Below are positions 45,903 through 56,658 of a stretch of 64,000 bases of DNA, in pieces. The first letter of the stretch is position 1, and every line of letters begins with the position of its first letter. The notes under the pieces were generated by a model. That model searched no databases, was not told the DNA's origin, and saw nothing but the letters and a program-made list of their open reading frames with translations. Source of the stretch: a virus. The stretch is from IMG/VR virus record IMGVR_UViG_3300034284_002638, positions 1-64,000 of that record; one strand, written 5' to 3'. Position numbers and translations under genes: made by a program.

Positions 45903-47161
45903 TTGAAAATGAATGGCTAAAAAATAAAGCCGAATTCTCGGCCCTTAATTGCAACATGACCGTATCTGTCACAATCCCGGCTGGGTATGCGGCAGATGTT
46001 TCAATAGAAGACGACATCAGTCCAGAAATATATGTAAATGTATCTGGGGTGGTCGGAACAGCAAGTTATACAGTTTCTAATATTGACCCCGATGCACTTC
46101 AACTTTGGGTCAATATTAGAAACTTTAGGTGCCTAGGCGGATCTTCGTTTGGCCTATCTTATGACCAGAGATTTTACAGAGATGTAGATTGCGGTGGAAC
46201 AGTTTCTGTAACATATAACTCCGGTCCTGACATAGGCGGAGTACCAAGCATACCTTCTTGCTCAACGCCTACGCCTACACCTAGTAGAAGCCCTACACCT
46301 ACCGCTACAGTCCCGCCCCCTACCCCTAGCAGAAGCCCAACGCCAAGCGTCACGGCAACCAGAACACCCACGCCAACGCCGAGCCGAAGCCCAAGCCCAA
46401 CGCTCAGCGGCACAGTCACGCTCACGCCAACGCCGAGCCGAAGCCCAAGCCCAACGCTCAGCGGCACAGTCACGCTCACGCCAACGCCGAGCCGAAGCCC
46501 AAGCCCAACGCTCAGCGGCACAGTCACGCCCACGCCAACGCCGAGCCGAAGCCCAAGCCCAACGCTCAGCGGCACAGTCACGCTCACGCCAACGCCGAGC
46601 CGAAGCCCAAGCCCAACGCTCAGCGGCACAGTCACGCTCACGCCAACGCCGAGCCGAAGCCCAAGCCCAACGCTCAGCGGCACAGTTACCCCTTCACCCA
46701 CCCCTTCGCCGTCCCCGTCGCCGACCCCTTCACCCACCCCTTCGCCGTCCCCGTCGCCGTCCCCGTCGCCGTCCCCTTCACCGTCCCCGACATGCGCCCC
46801 ATGCGAATCGGTCCAAGTGACATTAACAACAAGCGGGTGTTGTCTTTACATGGCATCAAACACAATAGAAGCCGTGGGAAGCGGAGTTGTTTCAGCAACA
46901 ATAAACCAGCCAGAAAACTGTCAAGTAACTTTGGCTCTTAACGGAATTGAAACGGATTCAATCGCGGTAGAGGACGGAGATGAAATAACTGTGGAGATAC
47001 ACACAGAATCAAAATGCAAATGCTGCGAAACAAAAAGAGACTGCTCGCCCAATAGTTCGGGATTTATTGCCCAAGCAAGGAGCGGCAAAATATCCATAAA
47101 CAAAAATGAACTAGCCAGAAGAATAAGGTTTATAGCAGAAAGATCAATATCAAGAAATTGA
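45899..47161 (+). CDS. Pro/Ser/Thr-repeat (mucin-like linker) protein with Cys-rich flanks
   Basis: Six 18-aa repeats plus (SP)n. Confidence 0.7.
   Translation: MIENEWLKNKAEFSALNCNMTVSVTIPAGYAADVSIEDDISPEIYVNVSGVVGTASYTVSNIDPDALQLWVNIRNFRCLGGSSFGLSYDQRFYRDVDCGGTVSVTYNSGPDIGGVPSIPSCSTPTPTPSRSPTPTATVPPPTPSRSPTPSVTATRTPTPTPSRSPSPTLSGTVTLTPTPSRSPSPTLSGTVTLTPTPSRSPSPTLSGTVTPTPTPSRSPSPTLSGTVTLTPTPSRSPSPTLSGTVTLTPTPSRSPSPTLSGTVTPSPTPSPSPSPTPSPTPSPSPSPSPSPSPSPSPTCAPCESVQVTLTTSGCCLYMASNTIEAVGSGVVSATINQPENCQVTLALNGIETDSIAVEDGDEITVEIHTESKCKCCETKRDCSPNSSGFIAQARSGKISINKNELARRIRFIAERSISRN
46370..46693 (+). repeat. 54-bp tandem repeat x6 ([17 protein letters not shown][L/P])
   Basis: Near-perfect direct repeats with pattern L,L,P,L,L,P. 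Confidence 0.9.
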
Positions 47162-49171
47162 TTTAACGCTATTCAATATTTCATGAATCTTCTCGTCCTT
47201 CATGTTCAAAAGGCGCTTGACAAGATGAGGATTCTTCAAAAGGTCAATTGGGCGCCTGAATCCAGCGGAATACAACTTTTCTGCCCTTACCTTGCCAATG
47301 TTCGGAATCTTGCACAAGTCTATGAGTTCGGGGCGGACTCCGTAAACAACCCTTAAATACACGGAATTGAAAAAGTCCTTCCTGTTCCATTTTGCCGCCA
47401 TAGAATCCAACATATTCAAAACAGAAACAAGACGCTCAGCGTCCATTTGAAGACCACGGGCAAAAGCAGTAAAAGAGCCGAGCTGCATACCATTTAAAAG
47501 ACAATAATACGAATAGGCTCCCTTTATGGATGACTCAGGGTACTCTGATCCATGGGCGTCATAAACTTTAGAGGCAAAATCCTCCATCTCATCCTTCTCG
47601 GCTCTAGTGACAAATCCAGACCGTATTGAGTCTACATTGCCCAAAGCAAGAGACAAGGCAAAATCACTCTGATCCAGGCCTCTTGAAAATAAAATTCTGA
47701 AATTCCTTCTAAGGTCGGCGACATCAAAAGGACTGTAGTACATTATGCTCGAGACCTTGCCGACAGAGGTAGCCTCGTAGTTTCCATCCACTTCCTTGAT
47801 TGCGCCGACACGGGTCAAAAGATCTATTGTTTTGTCAACGATGGTGTCGTCTAGATCCTCATACTGGAAGTATGCCAAGGATCTACCGTACCAATCATGA
47901 ACATCGCTGATAGTTTTAATCTGTCCGTAATGAATCTCACTAACCAAGTGAAAGGCCAAAGTTTTATAGCGAGGATCATCCTCTTGGCCTACATAACTAA
48001 GAAGCTGAGACTCTATGTTCTTGGGCGAAGAAAGACGATCTATGTGATAATCTGATTCTCCGTAGGGAAGAAGTATGTGAACATCTCCCTTCGGATCATA
48101 ACCCGGCCTACCTGCACGACCAGCCATCTGGAATATGTCGTATGTTTCAACTTCTGTCCTTCCTCGATGAACACCAGCTATTATCACTCTGCGGGCGGGG
48201 AAATTACATCCCCATGCCAATGTGCTCGTGGCGACTATGACCCTCAAGTCACCAGATTTAAACTTCTGCTCTACCTTGTGGCGCTTATCTTTGTCAAGGT
48301 CTGCGTTGTGCAGTTCGCACACGACACCACGCTCTTCAAGGGCCGACCTAATCCTCTCTCCCGTGGCCTTGGAATGGACGAAGACTAGAAACTTATCCTC
48401 CTTGTGCTCCTTAATTAGATCTACGGCCGCACTGACCTTGTACTCCTCGGTGAGATCGTAGGTTTCGCCCGCGTCGTATTCCTCGTAGTGAATATCCAAA
48501 GGGCATGGCCTGTATTCCGAATGAACTAGATAGGTGTCTTTTTTAACAAGGCTGCACCCGACCCAATTTGCTATCTGATCCACATTTGGCATTGTAGCCG
48601 AGAGAAAAACTATTCTAGGATCTCGGGCTATTTGAGAAAATTTCATGAGCCCAACTTCCAAATGGTCGCCCCTGGAGGGAACCGTCAGAAGATGCGACTC
48701 GTCAACGACAAGAGTCCCGCAATCCCTAAGGAATTCATTTTTTTCGGATTGAAGGTTCCGACATCTGGAGTTGAGCATCTCCGAAGTCATCACGATTATG
48801 TCGGCCTCGTTCAATTCCTTCATGCGGGCTTCCGTGAGACGGTAGTCGCCCGTGCATATTGAAATTTTAAGATCAGAAAACAGCGACTTTTCCGAGAGCC
48901 AGTCATCTATTTTCTCCTTGGCCAAGGCTCGGAGAGGAGCGAGATATATTGCCTTCCCGCCGCGAGCCCTGACCTCATGGCTCATAAACATCTCGGCGCA
49001 AACCGTCTTCCCAACACTAGTTGGAGCGGCAATTACGCAGTTGCAGTTCTTGTCATATATTTCAAAAACTCTACTTTGAACTTGATTAAATGAATCAAAG
49101 GCGTACTTGCCGTAAGGAAACCTGGATGTTTCGACAAGACAAGTCTGATCAGACACTTTGATTAGAGACAT
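47150..49171 (-). CDS. Ski2/Hel308-like SF2 helicase
   Basis: [38 protein letters not shown]-terminal HhH. Confidence 0.88.
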   Translation of the reverse strand: MSLIKVSDQTCLVETSRFPYGKYAFDSFNQVQSRVFEIYDKNCNCVIAAPTSVGKTVCAEMFMSHEVRARGGKAIYLAPLRALAKEKIDDWLSEKSLFSDLKISICTGDYRLTEARMKELNEADIIVMTSEMLNSRCRNLQSEKNEFLRDCGTLVVDESHLLTVPSRGDHLEVGLMKFSQIARDPRIVFLSATMPNVDQIANWVGCSLVKKDTYLVHSEYRPCPLDIHYEEYDAGETYDLTEEYKVSAAVDLIKEHKEDKFLVFVHSKATGERIRSALEERGVVCELHNADLDKDKRHKVEQKFKSGDLRVIVATSTLAWGCNFPARRVIIAGVHRGRTEVETYDIFQMAGRAGRPGYDPKGDVHILLPYGESDYHIDRLSSPKNIESQLLSYVGQEDDPRYKTLAFHLVSEIHYGQIKTISDVHDWYGRSLAYFQYEDLDDTIVDKTIDLLTRVGAIKEVDGNYEATSVGKVSSIMYYSPFDVADLRRNFRILFSRGLDQSDFALSLALGNVDSIRSGFVTRAEKDEMEDFASKVYDAHGSEYPESSIKGAYSYYCLLNGMQLGSFTAFARGLQMDAERLVSVLNMLDSMAAKWNRKDFFNSVYLRVVYGVRPELIDLCKIPNIGKVRAEKLYSAGFRRPIDLLKNPHLVKRLLNMKDEKIHEILNSVKSIS

Positions 49172-49216
49172 AAAACACCATTGAATTTGCCGAATACAAA
49201 ACCAGTCAAACTAAAA

Positions 49217-49254
49217 CGGGGAGGGGGGATAAGTCTATTCAGCCCCCCTCCCCG
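49217..49254 (-). terminator. Intrinsic terminator
   Basis: 12-bp GC stem followed by TTTTAGTTT on the minus strand. Confidence 0.65.
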
Positions 49255-49279
49255 AACCCGCACCCCCACACCCAAACTT

Positions 49280-49564
49280 CTATCCCGCCTTAGTTTTCTT
49301 TGCCCTGGAGTCTGCCTCAATCAATGCGAATTCCCCGATGCTGTCAACTTTGTTAAACCAATCGTCAGGTCCACTGGCCAGGGAAAGCCATCGGTCAATT
49401 TCCTTATCTCTCTGGAGGATTGAGCAGGCAAAAGAACGATCCCCCGCGACCTTCTGCGGCAGGGATTGACTTATGTTTGCCAGATCATCGTCCGACATTC
49501 TAGAACAATATTCCTTAATCAATGTTATTTCCGATTTACCCAAGTTCTTTTTCACTTGAACCAT
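49280..49564 (-). CDS. Hypothetical protein
   Basis: 94-aa ORF. Confidence 0.55.
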   Translation of the reverse strand: MVQVKKNLGKSEITLIKEYCSRMSDDDLANISQSLPQKVAGDRSFACSILQRDKEIDRWLSLASGPDDWFNKVDSIGEFALIEADSRAKKTKAG

Positions 49565-49680
49565 ATATGGAATCGCCCCATGCTAAAAGACTTAAAAAGT
49601 TAGGTTCTGAGTACACCCCAGAATATTACCATCACCGAGGCCTTAACTCCAACAAGAATTGTGCCCCAAGTTGGATTCAC

Positions 49681-49709
49681 ATCCTAATAGAAAAGAATAG
49701 AAAAGTCAA
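49681..49709 (-). promoter_or_regulatory. Sigma70-like promoter
   Basis: TTGACT-N17-TAGGAT. Confidence 0.55.
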
Positions 49710-49717
49710 CGCCAATT

Positions 49718-50020
49718 TCACACAACGTCAAAAACTTTCACATTAGTTCCGTCTTCGGACATGGCGGAATATTCGCAGACTATCTCTTTTTCTCCAGAAT
49801 ACCTCATGCCGAGATTGTATCTGTCTATAGATACGGAACGATTTTTTTGCGAGGCGACGACCCAACAATAGTCTTGAATTTTCTCTAGATCTCCATACCT
49901 GTTTTCTTGTGTAATTCCCACCTCCAAGACCATGCCGTTCGGAAGAGCCAATTCCACAGAGCCTTCCTTAAACAAATGCTCCATGAAAAGTTGCTGGAGC
50001 TTGTTTCTTGCAGTCTTCAT
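49718..50020 (-). CDS. Hypothetical protein
   Basis: GGAGGT RBS. Confidence 0.65.
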   Translation of the reverse strand: MKTARNKLQQLFMEHLFKEGSVELALPNGMVLEVGITQENRYGDLEKIQDYCWVVASQKNRSVSIDRYNLGMRYSGEKEIVCEYSAMSEDGTNVKVFDVV

Positions 50021-50149
50021 GGGATACCTCCCTATAATGAGACCAATCTAGATCAAATGTATGTATCCACCCATTTTTGAAATGGGTGGGCTTTGGCATA
50101 ATTTTAAGTAAAAAATGACCTATGCATTTGACTTTTAGGATTTACAAAG

Positions 50150-50599
50150 TCAATAAAGATTCAGCTGCTCGGGGTTCATATACATGTATTCAAAACCTTC
50201 AAAAACCATAGGGGTAGTCTTTTCCTTTATAGGAGACAGTATCGGGCGGCCACGAGGATCCAAACAAACACTCCAGCAGTAAACCTTCCTGTCCTCTTGA
50301 TAAAATTCTATAAGAGAGAGAAAATGTCCGCCCAGAACCTTTTTGGCTAGTTTCGCAACAATATGGAACGGTAAAAAAGGAGCATATTTGTTGTATACCT
50401 GAAAAGTCTCCAGGTAATGATCATTATATAAAGCGCGATTAAAATGAAATACTATGGTGTATCCATCAACCTCCGCCTCGCACTTTTTGAGCGGAGCTAT
50501 ATGATACTCCATCTCAACAGGACCCATCGGAAAATTGTATGGAACTAAGTCCGAAGCAAGATTTTTCATAATCTCTATCTTTTCATCGAACTTGGCCAT
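50150..50599 (-). CDS. Hypothetical protein
   Basis: 149-aa ORF with RBS. Confidence 0.6.
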   Translation of the reverse strand: MAKFDEKIEIMKNLASDLVPYNFPMGPVEMEYHIAPLKKCEAEVDGYTIVFHFNRALYNDHYLETFQVYNKYAPFLPFHIVAKLAKKVLGGHFLSLIEFYQEDRKVYCWSVCLDPRGRPILSPIKEKTTPMVFEGFEYMYMNPEQLNLY

Positions 50600-50667
50600 C
50601 TATTTTTCCTCAAAATTATTTATCCCTTTTAGGATTAGAAAAATCCAAAATGCATCAAAAAACGCAT

Positions 50668-50696
50668 TGACCAATTATACATTGGCTGCTATATTA
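50668..50696 (+). promoter_or_regulatory. Sigma70-like promoter
   Basis: TTGACC-N17-TATATT. Confidence 0.55.
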
Positions 50697-50715
50697 GATG
50701 CAATAGGAGAAAAAC

Positions 50716-50949
50716 ATGTCCACAAAATGCTTGCTTCTGGAGACCAAGGACAAAAAAAGAATTTTTACCTTGATAGGAAACAAAAAGCACCTCAAGGAAT
50801 ATTGCAAGGCCTTTGGAGCAAAAATGTTTGTAGTCAAGGCAGAAATAGAAAAATCAAAGATAATGGATCTTCAACAACTGGTTCCGGCCTTGTGCGACAA
50901 AAACTACAAAAGTTTCAAGGTGGAATTTGAGGTAGTTAAGTCCGAATAG
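50716..50949 (+). CDS. Hypothetical protein
   Basis: AGGAG RBS. Confidence 0.6.
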   Translation: MSTKCLLLETKDKKRIFTLIGNKKHLKEYCKAFGAKMFVVKAEIEKSKIMDLQQLVPALCDKNYKSFKVEFEVVKSE

Positions 50950-50959
50950 TCTGGGTGCT

Positions 50960-52147
50960 TCAATCCGACTCGCCCAAAAGATTGCCAACATCCTGGTGCG
51001 TGTCGATCTGCTCTACGTCTTCACTGTTCGTAAGAGCGATAGCTTCCGACCACTCCTTCAAATATTCCTTGACCTCATCCGCATTCTCAGCATCTATGAG
51101 AGCCGGATACTTTATCAGAATCTCAGGGTCAAACGGGGCGGACTTGGCCTGCTGGAAGGTGGCCTCCTCGTCGCCGCCATTCCAAGGCGAAAGTATTCTG
51201 TATTTTCCAGCCCCCTTGCCGGGTTCAACCCTTTTGGACATCAAAATGGCATCCATGAGGCCGCCAAGAGGGTTGATTCCAGAGTCATAAAAAAGAGGCA
51301 CATTTTCAATCTTGATCCCGGGCGTGAAATGTCTGTTTTTCTTGTTCACTATGGTCATGTTGGTTCCAAGCGACAACTTCGTACTCTTGTCCTGGAAGGC
51401 TTTGGGAGATCCGGTGCGGAACCTCAGGGAGGCATAAAACTTGAGAGCCTCGCCGCCGCCAGAAGTGGTCTCATCATTTCCATAAATTACGCCAATCTTC
51501 TTGCGAACCTGGTTGATGACATAAAGGGTCGCATCCTTGTCGTTCAAGAACGGATTGAGACTCCTCAGAATCTTGTTGGCAAATTTCGCCCGCTCGCCGG
51601 GACGCTCATTGCCCACCGCGTCGCGCTCGGCCTTGGTAGCATTCTCGGGAAGGTCAACCTCGCTCCACTCCCTATCGGTGGGATTGACGCCTATGGAGTC
51701 CCAAACGATCCCGATTGGCTTCTTGGGAAACTTTGCCCGAATGGCATTCACCACTGTGATTATCTTCTTTTCAACCTGCTGGAGGGTTACGGGATCAAAG
51801 ACCAAAAGCTTATCAGGATCAACATGGCCACACCGCTCGGCAAAATCAGAGCCGCTCGAGCGTTCGCAGTCCAAAAGGACTGCAATTCCGCCCTGCTTCT
51901 GAATGGCTCCGAGAAAGCAGTAGCCCAAGAGGGACTTGCCAGATGCCTCAGGACCAAATGCCTCAATTATTCTTCCTCCGGGAAACCCTCCCTTAATGAA
52001 TTTGCCGCTGCAGGCGTAATTGATGGCCAAGTTGCCGGTGTTTACATAATAAGGCACCTGCCCCGCGTTACGCAGCAGTTCGCCACCGGTGGACTCCAGT
52101 ATTTCGTCCAAAACGGAATCATCGTTCTTTGTTTTTGACTTGGCCAT
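50960..52147 (-). CDS. recA: RecA/UvsX recombinase
   Basis: GRIIEAFGPEASGKS, VWDS, INQVR, SGGGEALKFYASLR. Confidence 0.92.
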   Translation of the reverse strand: MAKSKTKNDDSVLDEILESTGGELLRNAGQVPYYVNTGNLAINYACSGKFIKGGFPGGRIIEAFGPEASGKSLLGYCFLGAIQKQGGIAVLLDCERSSGSDFAERCGHVDPDKLLVFDPVTLQQVEKKIITVVNAIRAKFPKKPIGIVWDSIGVNPTDREWSEVDLPENATKAERDAVGNERPGERAKFANKILRSLNPFLNDKDATLYVINQVRKKIGVIYGNDETTSGGGEALKFYASLRFRTGSPKAFQDKSTKLSLGTNMTIVNKKNRHFTPGIKIENVPLFYDSGINPLGGLMDAILMSKRVEPGKGAGKYRILSPWNGGDEEATFQQAKSAPFDPEILIKYPALIDAENADEVKEYLKEWSEAIALTNSEDVEQIDTHQDVGNLLGESD

Positions 52148-52193
52148 TTATTTTTCCTGTGTTTGTTAAATGTTGTGCGTTTTTGAATCATAT

Positions 52194-52229
52194 GCCTCTC
52201 CCCGGAGCCCGATTGCTCCGGGGAGAGGC
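52194..52229. other. Perfect 15-bp hairpin between the SSB and recA genes
   Basis: GCCTCTCCCCGGAGC-N6-GCTCCGGGGAGAGGC. Confidence 0.8.
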
Positions 52230-52247
52230 GATCTTATCGAATCCAGA

Positions 52248-53183
52248 CTAACCCAACCTTCTCAGTTCTTCAAGAAAATCCTTGTCCGCCATCTCCTCGT
52301 CTCCAGACTCTTCCGACTCAACCTCGACCTTCGCCTTGGCCTTGGGAACCTCGGCTACAGCGGTTGCCGGCTTTGCCGCAAACTCGGAAGGATCAAAACC
52401 GCTGGGGGATTCCTGCTTGAGGCCGAGGTGAACAGCAAGTTCGTGCTTGAGCTCATCGGCAGTCTTCAAAACCCTCAACGAATTGAGGTCGTGAAGATTT
52501 TCCATCCACCTCTTGCACTCATCAGGATCGCCGGCGGGGGACTGCTCGAGGAAATGACTGCCCTCGTAGTTCGGGTAACTATTGTCGCCCGACTTGCGGA
52601 TCGTCTTAATCAACTTGAAGTCGTAGCCGTTCTTGAAATCGGTCACATCTCCAAGCCTAGGCTGGTTCATCTCCGTGTCGCCCAAGATGCCCCTGAGAAT
52701 AATCTCATGGAGAGTCTTGCCGACAGAAAGAATCTTTGGCCCAACATTCTTCTTTACATTCCCGTTCTCATCCCTTTCCTCGCGAACAATGCAGTTGTAG
52801 TAATACCTCTCCACGGGCTTGAGCTGCCTGTAGAGACCTTGGAGACGGTCCCGCTCTGCGGGTGCGGCCTGCTCGGATTTCTTCCAGCAATCCTTGATAT
52901 AGTCAACGATGGGATTGTGGCCGACCCAGCGTCCTGTTTCACGGCTGTATTCGCGAATGTCGTGCAAACTCTTTCCGTTTACGCGATGAAGAGCCGTGAC
53001 GAGATAGAAAGGATTGCTTTCGCGGCCGAAAGTGCCTTTGGGAGCGGGAGGAAGAAGGCGCAGCACCACGCTGCCCTTGCCCTCGGGCATCCTCACAAAA
53101 TTTTCCAGAAACGAGCCAGAGGATGTTTCTGAAGTCTTCAAGCCCTTGTAATCGTTCTGAAGGGCACCTAGATCAAGTGACAT
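52248..53183 (-). CDS. gp32-like single-stranded DNA-binding protein
   Basis: LRLLP, RYYYN, GKTL, GYDFKL, YPNY, acidic tail; next to recA. Confidence 0.75.
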   Translation of the reverse strand: MSLDLGALQNDYKGLKTSETSSGSFLENFVRMPEGKGSVVLRLLPPAPKGTFGRESNPFYLVTALHRVNGKSLHDIREYSRETGRWVGHNPIVDYIKDCWKKSEQAAPAERDRLQGLYRQLKPVERYYYNCIVREERDENGNVKKNVGPKILSVGKTLHEIILRGILGDTEMNQPRLGDVTDFKNGYDFKLIKTIRKSGDNSYPNYEGSHFLEQSPAGDPDECKRWMENLHDLNSLRVLKTADELKHELAVHLGLKQESPSGFDPSEFAAKPATAVAEVPKAKAKVEVESEESGDEEMADKDFLEELRRLG

Positions 53184-53229
53184 GTTGTTCTCCGTTGTAA
53201 AAGTTAAAGTTCACGAATCAAGTTCGCAA

Positions 53230-53258
53230 GTTATAAGTAATATCGGCGCATCTGTCAA
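53230..53258 (-). promoter_or_regulatory. Sigma70-like promoter for SSB-recA
   Basis: TTGACA-N17-TATAAC. Confidence 0.7.
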
Positions 53259-53995
53259 TAGACTTTAGCATATTTTCTTAGATACCAGTGCAGAGACGCA
53301 TAGTCACAGTCCAAATCGTTCAAAGAGGCTGCATTTTTCCACTCCAAGCGACGAAGTTCAACCAGATCCGGACGGTAGAGAAGCATGAAATTAAAATAAA
53401 TTTCATATTCGGACGCTCCTGAAAAACCAACCCCTCCAGGAGAAACATGCCTGAGAAAAGCCCTCCAGAACTCTTGGTCGTTGTAGGACTCCACCAGACC
53501 GAAAAGGCCGGAAAGGCATTCGAGATCGAATACCATGTGGTGGCATATTCCAGAAAGATCCGGATTCATCCTTTTAAGACTAGGATGTAGCCTGGCCATG
53601 TGCTCAAAGTATGGAAGATGATATTCGGATCCGAAATTAAAATAAATCTTGTCGGGGTCGGATCTAAAAAAACTTGTCGGACGAAGAAAAAAGGTGTCGG
53701 AATCCAAGACAAGATATCTTTTTGAAATTCCGGAAATAACGAACCCAGAGTAAAGCTTTAAAAGCTGCTGAAAGTACCAGCCGTTTCTGTCCCTTTTGCC
53801 GTGAATGCACTTGACATCTTCTATAGAAAAAGGAAATGAAGACTCATTAACATGCTTGCACCCACAAATAGAAAGCGGAAATCTTGAAACCAGATAAATG
53901 TCCCCGCAGTCACGAACATTAGACCTTGTGTAAGACACTTGGGAGTGAATGACATCAAGATCATTTGGCCCGACTGGGATGACAACATCAATCAT
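53255..53995 (-). CDS. Putative glycosyltransferase (DUF6492-like GT-A)
   Basis: DVVIP, GWYFQQLLKL, LDSD, SEYEIY. Confidence 0.65.
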   Translation of the reverse strand: MIDVVIPVGPNDLDVIHSQVSYTRSNVRDCGDIYLVSRFPLSICGCKHVNESSFPFSIEDVKCIHGKRDRNGWYFQQLLKLYSGFVISGISKRYLVLDSDTFFLRPTSFFRSDPDKIYFNFGSEYHLPYFEHMARLHPSLKRMNPDLSGICHHMVFDLECLSGLFGLVESYNDQEFWRAFLRHVSPGGVGFSGASEYEIYFNFMLLYRPDLVELRRLEWKNAASLNDLDCDYASLHWYLRKYAKVY

Positions 53996-54416
53996 TCTTG
54001 GAAAGGTCTATCTGTCCGGACTGGGCTTCAGACTCCGTCATGGAGCATCTGGCCTTATCCTCCAAGGCGTTTATCTTGTCCTTGAGTGTGACATGGCCTT
54101 CCGCCTCCAAAGTTTCATTCAGAGTCTTTTTCATCTCCTTTTCCTTGAGGTACTCGTCCTCAAGAGCCTTGAGAATTTCAAGATTCTTTTCTATCTTTTG
54201 GCGAGACTTCTTGGCTTCAACTTCTTCCATGGCCTTTCTCTTTTCGGGATCCTTTATGAAAGGAACAATCTTCTCGCGAAACTTTTTATCAAGCATTGCT
54301 TGGCGACGCTCGCCCTTTTTTAGGATCTGCATCTTGTGCCTCTGGGCAGCAACCCTGGCTCGTCCCTTCTGCTCCCTAGCCTTTTTCTTCTTCTCTAATT
54401 GCTTTCTTGTGGCCAT
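53988..54416 (-). CDS. Basic coiled-coil protein
   Basis: AGGAGGAG RBS. Confidence 0.65.
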   Translation of the reverse strand: MATRKQLEKKKKAREQKGRARVAAQRHKMQILKKGERRQAMLDKKFREKIVPFIKDPEKRKAMEEVEAKKSRQKIEKNLEILKALEDEYLKEKEMKKTLNETLEAEGHVTLKDKINALEDKARCSMTESEAQSGQIDLSKND

Positions 54417-54418
54417 GT

Positions 54419-55135
54419 TTATCTCCTCCTAATATCGGGCATGTCTACTTGTTCGTAATTTCCCCAAAGATTAATCTCTTCCTTCTGCGTCTCGGCCCCG
54501 ACATACTTTGGGCCCTCGTCGGCTTCAATCAGTCCAGACCCAACAGCAACAAAGTACTCGGCACTAACTTTAACATCCTTGCCCGAGTCGTCGGTAGTGT
54601 TGTAAACCAATGTGGATCCCAATGACTCCTCGGAATAAACAGGATATTTCTTGCCCAAAGTGAACTTCAAGCCCTTTTGCCTGACCTTTTGCTGCCCTAT
54701 GGGGTCAGGGTCGTACACTTCCTGTCGTATTGCTCTACGGGCAAGGTTCTGGGATTTCTGGTTCCTCACGACAGGGCATGACCTGTCGGCCAACTCCTTG
54801 GAGGGGGAAGGCACGGGCTTGAAATCATCTTCGGATTCAAACTCTTCAGTAACAATGACCCTGCCCGAATCAAAACTGAATTTCTTGTTTTTTATGACTA
54901 TGCCGTCGCTGGTTTCTCTGTAGCCAAGCTTCTTCTTGGCATACTCATAGATCTCCACATCAACTATAAGGATATTTCTTCTGGCGAGTTGCGACATTAT
55001 CTTTCCGGCAATAGCGTCCAGCTCTATTTCTTCCGTTATCTTTCCTACCTTGCAGTTTCTGGTCTTGATCTCGTCTTCATAAACGCCGGGCCGATCTGTC
55101 GCGTCTTTATAGTGAAATACAATTTCATATCCCAT
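54419..55135 (-). CDS. Hypothetical protein
   Basis: Start MGYEIV. Confidence 0.6.
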   Translation of the reverse strand: MGYEIVFHYKDATDRPGVYEDEIKTRNCKVGKITEEIELDAIAGKIMSQLARRNILIVDVEIYEYAKKKLGYRETSDGIVIKNKKFSFDSGRVIVTEEFESEDDFKPVPSPSKELADRSCPVVRNQKSQNLARRAIRQEVYDPDPIGQQKVRQKGLKFTLGKKYPVYSEESLGSTLVYNTTDDSGKDVKVSAEYFVAVGSGLIEADEGPKYVGAETQKEEINLWGNYEQVDMPDIRRR

Positions 55136-55178
55136 CTGGGTCTTCCTTGTTTTGCAACCTATACTAGTAAGACTGGCG

Positions 55179-55793
55179 TCATTTCTGGGCGAGCCCTGTG
55201 CCGTATCTTGTATTAAAAATGACAAACGGCCTATTCTTCGCCTTGCAGAAGTCGGAAAAAACATCCTTGTTATCTGCTAAGTGATCGACGCAAATGAATC
55301 CATCCAAATTCAAATACTCCCAGCAAGCCTCCAAATCTTCCTTGATCTTATCGCCATTGACCTTCTCCGTGACCATGATCAAATCAAAACTAGAAGACAT
55401 TTTGCCGATGAACTCTGCATCCACCACGCTCCCGTAGTGGTAATCTACAAGAAAGTTCTTTCCCTTTATGTCCCTTATATTGGAAATAGCTATTCTAGGA
55501 GAGTAGAAATCCTTGCTTGACCTCTGAAAACAAAGCATCCGTTCCACTGAGGGGCAGCCTTGCAAAAAACAACAAGAAGGAAGACCCAAGTTGAATCCCA
55601 AGTGAAGAAGAGATTTAGTTTGGATCAGCTTGCCAAGATGATAATAAAAAGGCAGATAGTTTGGATCTTGATATTGGCTGCTTTTTCTGGAGGATTCGTC
55701 TATGAGACGCAACTTGTCAAGGAGAACGCGGGGGCCAACCGCCTGGCCCTTGAGCTTGGCCGACAAGACCGGATGAATCTGTTCTATGGTCAT
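55179..55793 (-). CDS. Divergent class I SAM-methyltransferase-like protein
   Basis: LLHLGFNLG, FDLIMV, LNLDGFICVDH. Confidence 0.55.
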   Translation of the reverse strand: MTIEQIHPVLSAKLKGQAVGPRVLLDKLRLIDESSRKSSQYQDPNYLPFYYHLGKLIQTKSLLHLGFNLGLPSCCFLQGCPSVERMLCFQRSSKDFYSPRIAISNIRDIKGKNFLVDYHYGSVVDAEFIGKMSSSFDLIMVTEKVNGDKIKEDLEACWEYLNLDGFICVDHLADNKDVFSDFCKAKNRPFVIFNTRYGTGLAQK

Positions 55794-56440
55794 GCAGCAC
55801 CACTCAAAAGGCAGTGCTCCAACCCAATCAACTGCAAAAACACTCTCATGTCCTTCTCCGAAGACTCATCTCTAGATGAGTAATAATTCCATATCAAAAG
55901 ATCAACCTTCGCTACAGACATTCCGGATCTGTCTACAAGACCCAAAAATTCGCCTTCAAGAAACAAATAGGATTTTTTTCCAGGCGTGGTCTTAGGAGCA
56001 TCGTAGCCGATCATCCTCATGAATTTTAAAAGATGCACATCAAGCCCAGCAAACCTCGCTCCTCTCCTGCTGTGGAGCAGAAAACACCTTGCCGTTTTGG
56101 GGCCAATGCCTCTCACGGACTCAAGATCATAAACGGAACAAGTTTTAAGGTCTAATCCCTTTTGGGCAAGATCCATCATGGATTTGCCTTTGTTGTTGTA
56201 GCATCCGATACCATGAACCCTAAGTTCTTCTGAAAGATCAGCCCCAAACATCCGTATAATTTCAAAAGGCTCGTCCGCTACAAACTTGCCCTTGCCGCGC
56301 AACATAAGACGGTTCAAATTGGCTGCTGCGGTGGAGGCCTTCTTCCCGGCGGCACATATCCAAAACAACAACATAAGTTGCAACTCGTAATCGTTGCAGT
56401 CAAATTTAGTTATATTGCTCGGGTCTATGAGGTAGTTCAT
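55790..56440 (-). CDS. HhH-GPD DNA glycosylase-like protein
   Basis: LESVRGIGPKTA, LDVH. Confidence 0.7.
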   Translation of the reverse strand: MNYLIDPSNITKFDCNDYELQLMLLFWICAAGKKASTAAANLNRLMLRGKGKFVADEPFEIIRMFGADLSEELRVHGIGCYNNKGKSMMDLAQKGLDLKTCSVYDLESVRGIGPKTARCFLLHSRRGARFAGLDVHLLKFMRMIGYDAPKTTPGKKSYLFLEGEFLGLVDRSGMSVAKVDLLIWNYYSSRDESSEKDMRVFLQLIGLEHCLLSGAA

Positions 56441-56442
56441 AG

Positions 56443-56658
56443 TTATTGAACATAAGGCGGAGAAGGAATAATCTCTCCCTTGGGAGAAACAATCGCCCAA
56501 ACAGGATGCTTTGAACTCCATCCGCCCCCCAGCACATAGATCTTGCATCCTTTCATCTCGGGAGGAAGTTCGTACTCTCCGGTAACTTCAAGGTAGGGGG
56601 CGGGATCATGTGACACGCAGCCAGAAACGAAAAAAGCCAATAATAGGACGAATTTCAC
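56443..56658 (-). CDS. Putative lipoprotein
   Basis: MKFVLLLAFFVSGC. Confidence 0.55.
   Translation of the reverse strand: MKFVLLLAFFVSGCVSHDPAPYLEVTGEYELPPEMKGCKIYVLGGGWSSKHPVWAIVSPKGEIIPSPPYVQ

Noticed and set aside
46370-46693. Regular repeats as a CRISPR array
   Set aside because: No spacers; these are in-frame 54-bp coding tandem repeats.
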